Origin: Sminthopsis crassicaudata
Taxonomy: Eukaryota
Length of the DNA stretch: 64,000 nt
Assembly: GCF_048593235.1 (NCBI RefSeq)
Contig: NC_133617.1
Span: 627,420,958 to 627,484,957, forward strand
Reading direction: 5' to 3'
Notes under the pieces: model-generated
The model's input: only the letters and a program-made list of their open reading frames with translations
Told to the model about the DNA's origin: nothing
The model's database searches: none
Position numbers and translations under genes: made by a program
Shown: in pieces, positions 34,834 to 46,800 of the stretch
Layout: every line of letters begins with the position of its first letter
Numbering within the stretch: the stretch's first letter is position 1

Positions 34834-35433
34834 ATGGAATAGGCAGTCTTGAAGCCTAACTTACCTGCTTTAACATTCCTGTTAGGAGAGCAGAGCTTCT
34901 ATTTAACTGTCCTTAGTGGAGGAATGGACCAGACACAATCCTGTGCCTGTATAATTTAAGGTCTGAACTATGGAGACTAATAAGCTATATAATTGTTCCC
35001 ACTCCTTGGGCTATGAGAAAAAATTACTATTTTAGAATCCAAATATAGTTGAAAGGAACCCTTGAGAATATTTAGTGTGACCCCTTTGCCTTATGATGCA
35101 ATAGACCTAAGAGGCAAACTAACAAGTCTAAAATGACATGGCTAGTTAGGACTCCTGGAGGAGTTTTAAGGGTTCATTCCTCAGCTCTTTGTGAGAAAGG
35201 AAGTTGCAATGAGCTAAAACTATTGGTTTATATGTCCCAGTGATAAAACTGAGAGGGAGATGCAGCATAGGCTGTGCTGGAGTAAAATTGGTTGGTTATT
35301 GGGTCCGAGTCCTGAGAGCAGCAATGATCTGAGTTGGGCCAGCTTTCCCGAATTGACCCAACACAGAAAAAGAGGCCCTGGCTTGGCTTCCACCTTGGGC
35401 CAGAAACATGAAACAATAGGTAACAAATACTCA

Positions 35434-35439
35434 TTTATT
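35434..35439 (-). terminator. HIRIP3: Candidate HIRIP3 poly(A) signal
   Basis: AATAAA on the minus strand ~300 nt after the stop at 35743. Confidence 0.55.
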
Positions 35440-35742
35440 GAGACTTTTAAAGCCCACATAAATACCAATATTTCAGTCAAAAACATGAGAATATGAACCT
35501 AAGAGCCCAGACTCAAGCAACTTCATCCTTGTGGATATGAAAGTCACTGCTTCTGTAGCATTCATCCTTTCAGATAAGGAAAAAAAAAAAAAAAAGTCAC
35601 CACAGACAGACAAAACTGGAAACGGGAAAATACATATATAAATACTTAGACCCAATGAAGGGTAATCTATACACTTTGTACAAGGGCAGGACCATATTCC
35701 TATGTTCAGAGGCACTGTGGCTTCTAGAAGCTATGGGGTGTC

Positions 35743-38700
35743 TTAGTCACTCTCCCCATCACTGCTGATAATGCCCCGAAGGTTTGACCAATCAGTAGGT
35801 GGTGGGTGGGCCCTTGGTTCATCCCCATCTGAATCCAGGGCTCTCCGGTGGTACAGCTCTTCCTGGGATAGCCCAACTTCCCCACGCGGGTTCCAAGCAT
35901 TGCGTCTCCGAGATCGCCCTGAGAATTATAAAATTTATAACTAGAGTGTATCTTAGTGATTCTTTTAAGCTATTTTGTGGAGAAGAAAATGGACCCAGAG
36001 AGATTACAGCATCCAAGGTCACAAAGATAGTAAGACAGCAGGATTTGAACTAGCTTCCAAAAAAGTGCTTCAGCATCTTCCTTCACAAGAGCAAGGGATC
36101 AGAGTAGAACTGATCTGAAAGCCTTTTTCCCTTTCTTCTTCTTACTACTTTATACCCCCTATACAAAATAATATCAAGACAGTAGTTTAAGGAATCTCAT
36201 TTGATAACCTTATAGTTAGATGCTATTATTAACCTCACTTTTGAGATGAAGAACTGGAGAATGACACAAGTTAAGAGCCTTGCTCAGTCATACAGTTAAT
36301 GTTTTAAGATTTGAATTCAAGTCCTTCTGACTCTAATGCTTTATTTTTCACTCAGTTATCTCTCTACATATCTGCATTCCCCTTCCTCACTATGCGTACC
36401 TGAACTACTGATGATGTTACTGACATCCAAAGAGGCCATCTCTGCTGCCTCTTCCCTTCGCTCCTTCACTGCTCGGCACTTTTCCAGGGAAGGGTTACCT
36501 GAGAGAAAAGGAATTTTTTTTTTTTTTTTTTTTTTTTTTAAAGTTTAGCCTTGACATCTTTTCTCCTAGGACCAGAAGAGTGGGCTCCAAGAAGATAGAA
36601 ACAGGTGGGGCCTAGACTCTCTTATTCATTGTTTCTTGAATCTATCTTTTGACTTGGCTTCTCCACTAACTCTTCAGTCACTTTTTAAGTAGGACTTTCC
36701 TTGATCCCCTCTGGAATTTTTGGTCCCTTCTTTCTAGGTCTCCTTAACCTCCCACTGCCAATAAGATTACCCAAGATGTCAATAAACTGGTAGTTTTCCC
36801 AGAAGCCTGTACTTCCTACCAGCTTCCCCCTCCTTGTTTCCTTTCCCAGTTGTTTTCACCTCACCCTCTAAGCCTAAATCTTGCAGTTCTGCTTTAAGGA
36901 CTCTGAGTCGTTCCTGATGAGAGCGGCAGGAACCCAACAGCCTCTTGTAATTTCTATGGGCACCACAGGCTCGGATGTAGCGTTTTAGCCGAACTACTGC
37001 AGGATGGTCCTCTCCTCTTCGAGAGCGCTGAAATAAGGAGGTTGAAGGTGAGAAAGAGGTCACCAAGAATGACAGCCAGGATGGGAGCAGGATAGAGAAA
37101 AACAAACTAACTTCATCCTTGACTTATGATTATGACTTCTACATTTGCACTTTCTTCTTTATAAACTTACTTTTCCATACAAAAGATATTCCAAATCACC
37201 AATGAGAAATCTGATTCAAAAAATATGGGAGTAACCAGTTTTGAAGGAGTGATGAAAAGAGACATTGTTGCTGGAGCTGGGAATTGGTCTAACCATTCTG
37301 AAACTCAATTCTGAATTGTACTAAGAAAATGATTAAAATATCCATATCCAAAAATTCCACTGTTGAGCATACATTTTAAGGTGGCCAAAAAACAACACAC
37401 AAAAGATCTCAACATATACTAAAATATTTAGCAGAACATTTTTTAATAGCGAAAAGTTGGAAACAGGTGCCCAAACGGAAAAAAAGAGGCATAAAAATAC
37501 AATAGAATGACACTGTGCCATAAAAAAGCCACAAACATGAATAGAAAAGTACACATGAATTGATATAAAGTGGAATAACCAATACCAGGAAAATAACAAA
37601 TACGATCGACAACAACATAGGAAAGAATAACAAAAAAATTAAATTGAAGGCTATGTAATTATGAACGAGTTTGTCCCAGAAGAAAAGAGAAAACATCCCT
37701 CCTTTTTTTGCAGTGATGGGTGACTGGATGTGAAACATTGCATATACCATCAGACCACCGATTTGTTAGTTTTGTTTTACAGCCTTTTCCCTATCCCTTC
37801 CCCTTTTCTATTCTTTGTAAAATACCTAAGAGTAGAAAGGAATGGGATACACATGGAACAGAAGCAGACATAAAAACAAAAGACATCAATATAAGTAATT
37901 TTTGAACTAAATCAATCTTATTTTCTCAACCCTGCCCCCGGCATTCCCACATTCCATATCTCACCTTCCCTGATTTGGCTTCTGGGCTACTGTCCTGAGA
38001 GGAAGTGGAAGAAGGGGGTGCACGGCCCTTTTTGGCCTCCTTCTTCTTGGTCCTTCCTGTCCTTTCTTCCTCATCCTCGCTTGTTTCAGACTGGTCCTGA
38101 ACATTTGGGGCTCCCTTCTTCCTCGATCCACTTTGGCTGCTGTCATCAGTTCTGCTCTCCTCCTCACTGTCCTCTCGGGGAGCTTTGCTCCCTCCCTCCT
38201 CGGCCTCAATGCTCTCCTCACTCTCTTCCTCCATGGCCTTTCTCTCTCCCCTCTTCCCAGAATTCCCCTTCCCCTTACTGTCTTCTCCCTCACTGCTCTC
38301 ACTCTGTTTAGCTACCTTCTTACCTCCCCTTGGGGTCACCCTGTCTCTCTTTTTTGGTCTCCCTCCTGACTTTCTGCCCCTTGTTTTCTGCTCCCTTTCC
38401 TCTTCCTCCTCATCACTCGTCTCACTACTGTCTCTAGCCAGTTTTCTCACCCCCTTCTTTGCAGGGCCCCCTCTAAATCTGGCATTCTCTTCAGTAGTCT
38501 GCTTTGGTTGCCGTTTCCTAGCCAGGCCTTTTTTCTCATTTTCTTCTTCAGAGCTACTTTCCTCTTTCACGGACTTCCCCAAAGCCCTCCTCCTGGCAGA
38601 GCACTCTTTGGTTTCCTCTGGGGCTCTGGACCCCTTCTTTTGAGGTGCAACTCCATCCCCCTCCTCCTCGCTGCCGGTCTGATCACTCTCAGAGGCTTGG

Positions 38701-40005
38701 GCTACTTTCCTCCCTCCCTTCACTTTTGGACTGACTTTCTGCTCCTCCTTCCCAGGCTTGGATGCCCCCTTCTTCCCAACCCGGCCCTTCTGTTTGAGAC
38801 AGGCTTCCTCCTCGCTCCTGCTTTCACTCTCTTCTTCTGACACTTCCTTTACTCCCCTCTTTCTTACAAAGACCCTGAACTCCTCTTCTTCTTCACTTTC
38901 CCCCTCAGGGTCTTCCCCCTTGGCTGTCATCTTCTCGGATGGTGTCAAAATCTCCTCAGGCTCCTTCACCTCCCTAATCCCACTACCTGACAGGGACCTC
39001 GGGGAGCTAGAGGGGCTCTCAGGCTGGGGATCGAGACCTGAGTCCTCGGAACTGTGTTCTGCAACGTATAAGGAAACCAAATTCAACAGACGAGACCTTT
39101 CTTCCACGGTGGCTCCCGCTCTCTCCCCCTACCCCCCAATCTCCTCAGACATATGGAATTGGATCTTCTCCTGGAAGAGGATGGAGACAGAGAACGAGGG
39201 GGGGACCCCCGGGGCCCACCTGCTACTTGCCAGAGACTAACCTGTCTCGGAGTTGATACACGGCTTCCTCCTCTTCTTCACTTGAGACGCTCTAGAGGTG
39301 CTACTTGGGCTAAGGGATCGCTTCACCCGCTCTTGCTCCCCAGTTAGCAGCTCTTCTTCCTGTTCCTCCTCCTCTTCTTCCTCTCCCTGGCAGGATGCAG
39401 GGGAGCGTCAGCGGGGAGGGGGTGAGCCGGCCAGAGGATCTCGAGGCTTCCCCTCCCCCCTGACCCCGGGCCGCCTCCAACTGCATCTTCGGCCGTTCCT
39501 CCTCCTCCTCCCCCAGACAGGGGATGGAGGAGCATCAGTGGGGGGTACTGGTCGGCCAGAGGATCCCGGGACCTCCCGAGCCGCCTCTCCCCTCCCCCTG
39601 CCTCCACGGGGGGGTCGGGCCCACCTCCACCTGCATCTTCAGCAGCTCTTCCTCTACCAGCCGCTTCAACTTCCTCTTGTCCTCGGGTTCCAGGTGGTCC
39701 AGGCCCACGTGGGCCAGGTACTTCTGCCGCACGATGGAGTGGGTCAGCACGCTGGGGGGCGGGACGCGGAGTCAAGGGGAGGGCGCGGGGGCGGGCTTGG
39801 GCGCCCCTCCCCATCGGGCTCCCCGGGCGGGGCGCGGCAGGGCGCGGCCCACTCTTGGTTTCTCCCACGGTTCAGAGCCCAGGAACCCTGAACCTTCTCT
39901 CGTCTCCCTTCCTCTCCCCCTGTCTTTTTTCCCCTCTCACCTCAGGTCGGGGCGACCCCGGAAGAGGCTCCGGATGAAGTCCTGCATCTCGCGTTCCCGC
40001 GCCAT
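35743..40005 (-). CDS. HIRIP3: HIRA-interacting protein 3 (histone chaperone, C-terminal CHZ-like domain), 620 aa
   Basis: Exons 39941-40005, 39631-39751, 39242-39386, 37965-39058, 36865-37027, 36400-36498, 35743-35918; total 1863 nt. MAREREMQDFIRSLFRGRPDLS, RRGEDHPAVVRLKRYIRACG, SLDVSNIISSSG, LRGIISSDGESD*. Confidence 0.94.
37140..37910 (+). mobile_element. Old L1 3' fragment in HIRIP3 intron 4
   Basis: Decayed ORF2 end and 3'UTR (gacattgttgctggagctgggaattggtctaaccattctgaaa; tttttaatagcgaaaagttggaaacaggtgccc). Confidence 0.7.
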
Positions 40006-40834
40006 CTTGCCCCGCCCCCTGTCCTGCTCCCACAACTCCCGCCTTTTCCCCACCTTCGCCGATGCCTCTTTCTCACACCGGCTCGTCCCCTTCCAAGCCA
40101 CCGTAGTTTTGGCTCAATCGGGGCGGAGCTTCACGTTGTATGGAGTAAGTTGCGCAGGCGGCCTACTAGCCGGGGGGCGGGAAGCAGCCTCTCAGTGGAA
40201 CTGTGAATTTGATGGTTTTTCCCTTTTTCGAAAAGTGTTCAGCCTTGCTTGGGTAAATCGCAGGCGCTTCCGCCGCGTTCGGCTGTGACGTATGCATTTC
40301 GCGAAGTCTGAGCGTGGTCCTAATTCTTCCAACGCAACATCCTGAGTTTAAAAACTCGGAGAAGGCCGTGATCTGCTTTAAAAGCAGTACGTCGCGGTAA
40401 TAGTCCTCCGAACTTTTAACTTCTCTAGCGGAGTTATGGGACGACAAACGTCTCGGCTCATCTTTCGTGATGTCATCACGTCCCTACGCGCCCGTTGGTC
40501 AATTCCTCCGCTGAGCCCGAGATTACTTCCTCTCCCGTTGCTGGTTTCATTGCGCACGCGCGTTTCCCTGACACTCTTGGGTAATCCTTTTTCGTGCCCC
40601 ACTCTTCGTCGAAATCCCTGCGCGGGTGCTTCTGGGAACTGTAGTCTCAAGCGGGAGTGAGTAGGCGGATTCCGGAAGTTGTGCAGCGGAGAGCGCCTGT
40701 AGTGGAGTGGGGAGTAGGTAACGGTTCTCCCCGAGCCTTGGCGGGGGGGGGGCCTCCCCCGCAAGGCCTGTAGCCCGAGCTTGAGTAGGATCGGGCATCC
40801 GACGCCCAGAGTGAGTGTGATTTCCCGGCCAGCC
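40006..40834. promoter_or_regulatory. Bidirectional CpG-island promoter shared by HIRIP3 and INO80E
   Basis: Head-to-head ATGs 830 bp apart. ZNF143/THAP11-type ACTACAGTTCCCAGAAGCA (minus, 40627-40645), ETS CCGGAAGT (~40672), palindrome TTCGCGAA (40298-40305), YY1-like CAAGATGGCG over the HIRIP3 ATG. Confidence 0.85.
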
Positions 40835-43800
40835 ATGAATGGGCAAGCGGACGTCGAGGTGGACTACAAGAAGAAATACCGGAACCTGAAACGGAAACTC
40901 AAATTCCTAATCTACGTAAGTGTGTCCGCAGACCGACCCGGGCCTGGCCCCTCCTGGCCCAGGGTCTCTAGACCTAACCTCCGGGTCCCCGGAGAATCTC
41001 CTCGCGCCCCCTCCCCGCCCCCCGACGAGGAGACCTTCAGGCTCCCAAACCCTCCGGGAGTCAGCTCCTGCCCTGCCCCCCAAACTTATGACCTTGGGCT
41101 AGCCCCTTCCCCCTTCTCTCACCTGTGGAAAAAGGGCCTGGCCCAGAGCATGTCCGAGGGTCCTTCCAGCTCCGGTGCTCTCTTATCCAGGAGCACGAGT
41201 GCTTTCAGGAGGAGCTGAGGAAGGCGCAGAGAAAGCTGCTGAAGGTGTCCCGGGACAAGAGGTGAGTTGCCCCAGCTGGGAGCGGGAGGAGGGCGTTCTG
41301 GGGGCAAGGAGCCCGAGCGCCGCCTCTCAGCCCGCTTCCCCTCCCTTTCTTTAGTTTCCTTCTGGATCGTCTCCTGCAGTACGAAAATGTGGACGAAGAT
41401 TCTTCTGGTGAGTAAAACACTAGAGCAGAGCAGCTGGCCCCCGTGGAACAGGGAGTCCGCTCCCCCTCTCCCCAGGGCCCGGCTCACAGTGAGCTGCTTA
41501 CCCATGCGGACCTTAGAGATCGGCCGCCCCAGGCTGCTGCAGCACCGAACTCGCTCCTTCAGAGCCAGGAACCAGAGGAACTGAGAGCAGGTTACACTTC
41601 AGGCCTTAGTCTTCTGATCTATAGAGTGAACATGAGGAAATCATAAGGAGAACTGAGGTTCACGTAGCACAAGTGGATTTTCAGATACTTTTCTTACGTT
41701 GTCACATTTGAAATAACAGTTCCGAAAGTAGACGTTCCATATGAGAACATTGAGTCTTCATTGGTGACCCGACTACTGATTTCCTGAGGTGGGATCGTAA
41801 ATATTCCCGACTCAGAATCCCACCCTTGGCTGCAAATGAGAGAAACTAACATTCGCGCTCCCTTTGTAAGTGTTCCTGATTGCCTGCTGCTTCCAGCATA
41901 GCATTCTGGGTCTTGGAGCTCCAAGGGAGTCCCTGCTTGCTCCACAAGAGCGGATGGTCTAGGTGGGGGGAAAGGCCATGTGCACATAAAGGTACTTTAT
42001 AGGAAAAGTAGGATATGCCCATCTAGTTCAAAGTGCAAGTATGATTAGAGTTCAGAGGAAGAAAAAAATCACTGATTGGGATGATTATGGAAGGGAGAGT
42101 AATAGGGCCTGGAAGGAAGATGATGACTTAGAGGATCGGAAAAGATGGAAGAGGACATTCCAAATAAGAGCAAGGAACGTGTACGGTGTGTTTCATCAAT
42201 GTTGCACCCATCAGCATGAAGGGGCACTAAGGGAATAGAGAAAATAGCCCCAAATTTCCCTTTTCCCTTCTAGACTCAGATGCCACAGCATCCTCAGAGA
42301 ACAGTGAGACAGAGGGAACACCCAAACTCACTGAGACACCAGCCCCCAAGAGGTGAGAACATATCCTCTATCCTCATCTTAAAAGACAAATTCTTTCTGT
42401 CCTTTCTTTTTTCCCCTTTGCGCTTAATTTTTTTGTTATTCTGTACTTGACAAACATCATCAAACATGAGCATTTTCATATACACAGAAGAATAGAAAAA
42501 GAGAATTGTAGGAGAAGCCAGGAATCTCTATTATATACAGCTTACCTTTCTTCAAATAATATAATAAATTTACCATGTTAGTGTCAAAGCTGTCCTGCTT
42601 GCCTGTGTCTCCTGAGTCTCCTTTTGTTCTCTTCTGTATATTTTCAGTGCTACAAATGACCCTCTTTTCTTTATTGGTGGGAGAGGGGTATCCTTGTCAG
42701 TAGGGCCACTCCTTTCTTTGTAGAAGAGAAAAGAAAACTAAAATCCTTGTAACAAATAAGAAATAGTCAAGGAAAAAAAATCCTTACGTTTTCCATCTTA
42801 GAAAATAATATCTTAATCTGCCTTTTTGGTCCTTCATTTCTTTGTTAGGTAGTGAGTGGGTAATATGTTTCATTAGTTGATCCTTTGGAATAGCAATAAT
42901 ATATTGCATTGTTCAGAGTTCTTAACTCTTTAAAAGTTGATTAGGTTTATTGTTTTGTTTTGTTTTTTTACAATGTTGTAGTTATTGTATAAATTGTGTT
43001 TCTGGTTCTGCTCACTTCACTCTGTCAGTTTATCTGAGCCTTGGGTTCCTTCAATTTAAATATTTCATTATTGGTTATGGAGTATTAATAGTCAATTACA
43101 TTCACGTGTCGTGATTTATTCAGCCATTCCCCAACTTCTAGGCACTCCCTTAATTCCCGTTTCTTTGCCACAATGAAAAGCGTTGCTACAAATATTTTTG
43201 TATGTTTAGGTCCTCGCTTCTCTGTCTTTGATCTCTTTGGAATATCTGCCTAGTTGTGATATTAGTTCCCTGTCCTTTCCAGAGGGGGTGGCACAAGTAG
43301 AATTTGGCTAGAGTCAAGAGTTGGAGTTTGCTATTTGGGGTCTGATCTTCTCTGTTGTCCCCTTTCTAGGAAAAGAAGTCCCCCTCTGGGGGGTGCCCCA
43401 TCCCCCTCTGGCCTTTCACTACCCCCATCCTCAGGGTTTCCCCTGCAAGCCTCCGGGGGCCCCTCTCCGTACCTGACCTCGGTGAGTAGAAGTTTCAGTG
43501 GTCATGATTTGGCCAAGGTTTCAATGTGACAGCTTTAGTTTCTGTATCAGGAAAGTAAGGCCAGCTGTCTTGCTTGAAGTGGGTTTCACAGATTGGCTGA
43601 GACATCATGTGGTGAGCTTGCTTCAGGAACTGGCAGTGCCATTGTTACTGATGGGTTATGACTTTGTCCACCCAGTGTTCATAGGGGCTGGTGCATGGGA
43701 TGTGTCTACCCTTTTGGCTATGAGTTGTGTCTGTAGTTTTGCCCAGTTTATAGTAAAATTAACTTTGTGCAGGATATAGACAGCCTTTTTGGAAAGAGCA

Positions 43801-46800
43801 GCCAGGCTGATGTTGGTGATGCACAAGGAGAATCCCTTAGCTTCTCATGATGCTAAAATGCCAAGCTGAGGGCAGGCAGCAGCTTCTTCTGAATCAGGAA
43901 GCAACTTGGTATAACTGACTGGAAATGAGCTGCTTTTGTAGTCTGTGAGTCTTGACCAGTTCCCTTCACTGAATTAAGTGAATCTGGTCCATCACTAAGA
44001 AGGGTCAGTGCTTACTTGACAAAGTCCTATCTCTTACTGTTGTATATGATATTTACCCCTTTCCCCAAGTTCATTTTTATGCAGACTCAGAATCTTTTTG
44101 AGTGCAGGGCAGAGGTAAGGCAAGTGGAGGGAAGTCCTCCAAGAAGATGATACCTTTATGAGGTGAGCGACCAGTTAGTTGGCAGTGCTGGGAGGGAGGC
44201 AAGCAGGTTTGGAAATCAGAGGATAGCCAGCTGGCCCCCACCATGCTCATCACCATTTTTGTTTGTTTGTTTGTTTGTTTTTCCATTTTTTTCTTGTTTG
44301 GGTTTCTCTTTTTCCTTCCCTTCCCTCAACTTCTTCTCCCTCTCCCAACTTCCATCCTTTTCCCATCTTCATTCTCCCCTTTTTCCCCTCCCCTGCAGCT
44401 GGCCTCTCCCCCATATTCCCCCTTCCCCTCCGACTACCTGGCCCTGCAGCTGCCTGAGCCCAGCCCCCTGAGACCCAAGCGGGAGAAACGGCCCCGCCTA
44501 CCCCGGAAGCTCAAGGTACCTGAATTTTGGGGAAGTTGGGACTCTTGGAGGGGGGTATAGTGTGGGTTTGGGATTGTCAAAATGATAGGAGAGAAGGAGC
44601 TTGAATCTAGGGGGAATTTTTGGATGGCAGATAGAAATTTAAGGATCTTTTGCTAAGTATTGAGAGCCTGTTGTATACCCAATGTACTGTGTTTGGTGCT
44701 GTTGGCACTTACAGAAGTAAAAGATGTGATTCCAGCTCTTAGACTATGGTCTGGTTTAGTAGACAAAGAATAACCTTGAAAATAATTTAAGACATCATGC
44801 AGTTTTAAATTCCAAACTGTGAAACAGAGAGGTAAAAGATGAATAAGGAGAAGTAAAGTCTCTAGGGAAAACTTCAGGGAGAAGTTGTGTCTTAGCCTGA
44901 ACCTTGAAGGTTAACTACATTCTGAATAGGTAGAAGAAAGCAAGAAAAATGGTCCACTTGAGATTTGTATTATGGGCAGAGGTAAGTATGAGGTTGTATA
45001 TTTCTGATTAGACTAGAGAATATACAGAGACCACTGGCAGTTAAATTGAGTCCAGATAGTTGAGGATCTCTAAGCCCAGCAGGGGAGTTCAGATGCAGTG
45101 CACTGTTCTTTAGCAGAAGGATGACTTGAAAATATTGTTTGATTAAATATTGACAGGCCAGAAAGGTAGACCTGTCCCTCTTATCCTCCTCATTTTCCTT
45201 TATTCTTTCCAAGAAAAACTCGAGACCTACACAGCATCCTTTGACTATAGATCAGATGTCAGTCAGTAAACATGAATTGAACCCTTGTTCTGTGCCAATT
45301 ACTATGCTAAGCTCTAGCAATACAAAGAAGCCAAAACTGTTTGGAGACCACATGGATCCAAATATATACAAATAAGGTGTATGTGGGGATCAACTGAGGG
45401 TAGACTTAGAAGGAAGGCCCTAAGAATGAGGAAGGCAAAGTCTCTTGTAGAAAGATAGAACTTTAGCTGAGACTTAAGGGAAACCAAGAGGCATAAGTGA
45501 AGAGGGAGTAGATTCCAGGCCTGGGGCTAGAAACTGTCTAGAATCAGGAAATGTTCACAACTTGTTCAGGGAAGGTGGTATTATGGGATCAAAGAATCCA
45601 GGAAAGGGGATTACAGTGTAAGAAGACTGGAAAGGTAGGAAGGCCCAGGTTATAAAGAGTTTTAAAAGCCAAACAGAGGGTTTTAGGTTTGATCCTGTAG
45701 ATGATAAGGAAGCCGTTGAAGATTATTGAGTAAATAACTGATGTGGTCAGAACTGTGCTTTAGGAGGGTCACATTGGCAGTTAAGTGGAGGATAGACTAG
45801 AGTAGGCAGGACAACTAGAAGTTTCTATAGTGCAGGCCTGAGGTGATGTTGTGCTGCCAGTGTAGCAACAGTATTAGAAGAGAAAAGAGAAGGTAATTAG
45901 AGATAAACAGAAATAAGAGATGGCAACAGATTTCATATAGAGGTTGTAAGGGTGACTGAAGAATATGACTAGATTTCCAGCCTAAGTGACTGGGAATGTG
46001 ATGGTGCCTAAAAGGTGATAGGACAAGGAAGGCAAAGCAAAGATGTTGGTGTAACAGGAAGAAGTATAAGTAGCACTTCTCATCTTCCTCCCTTCATGCC
46101 CCCCAAAAACCAACCAAATCCCCCAAACAAAAATATGAGTAACCAAAATATCCAGGAAATGAACTAGACTGAATCCTGATCAAGAAATCCCATTAAAAAA
46201 AGGTCACAGTAAGTCACTTTTCCAGCCTAGAGTATAAGGAGGCAGATAAATGTGTGGATAGTGGGAATAGGGTCTGGCCAGGATCATACCAAGAAGAGCA
46301 TTCCAATACCCAACAACTGAGAAAGGACTCATCAGGGCACCAGATGCCCCTGAAAACTTTTTTGTTCACAATCCAGTTCCAGGTCACAGATCAGGGTGTA
46401 CTGAGGAGAGGCTTTTGATTCAGGGTTAGCCTTTGGGATAAGAAGTAATTACAGGTGCTAGCTATGCATTGGGTGAGGAACAAGTTCAGAAGCAAATGGT
46501 GGCTGTGTAGCTCTTACTCAGGAGTGGAGTAGAGTCTTGGTTTCATCTTGTACTCCAATCTGAAGCCTGCAAAGGAATTACCAAGACAGGAATCCCAGAC
46601 CAAAGAAAAATCTGCAATTCTGTCACTAAACTAGCAAAGCTTTCCATTTGCCTGATAGTGACTGAGTCCAGTATAAGTCTACTGAACCTCAAAAGGCAAG
46701 CCCATAGGCCTGTTGCTCAGATCCAAACTCAGGTCAGGAACTTGAAGAGTTCAGACCAGGGGACAGCAATCAAATTTGTCCAGGATTAGACCATCTTGGG

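Noticed and set aside
38018-39240. Plus-strand Ser/Leu/Phe-rich ORFs opposite HIRIP3 exon 4
   Set aside because: Complement of Glu/Lys/Arg-rich codons.
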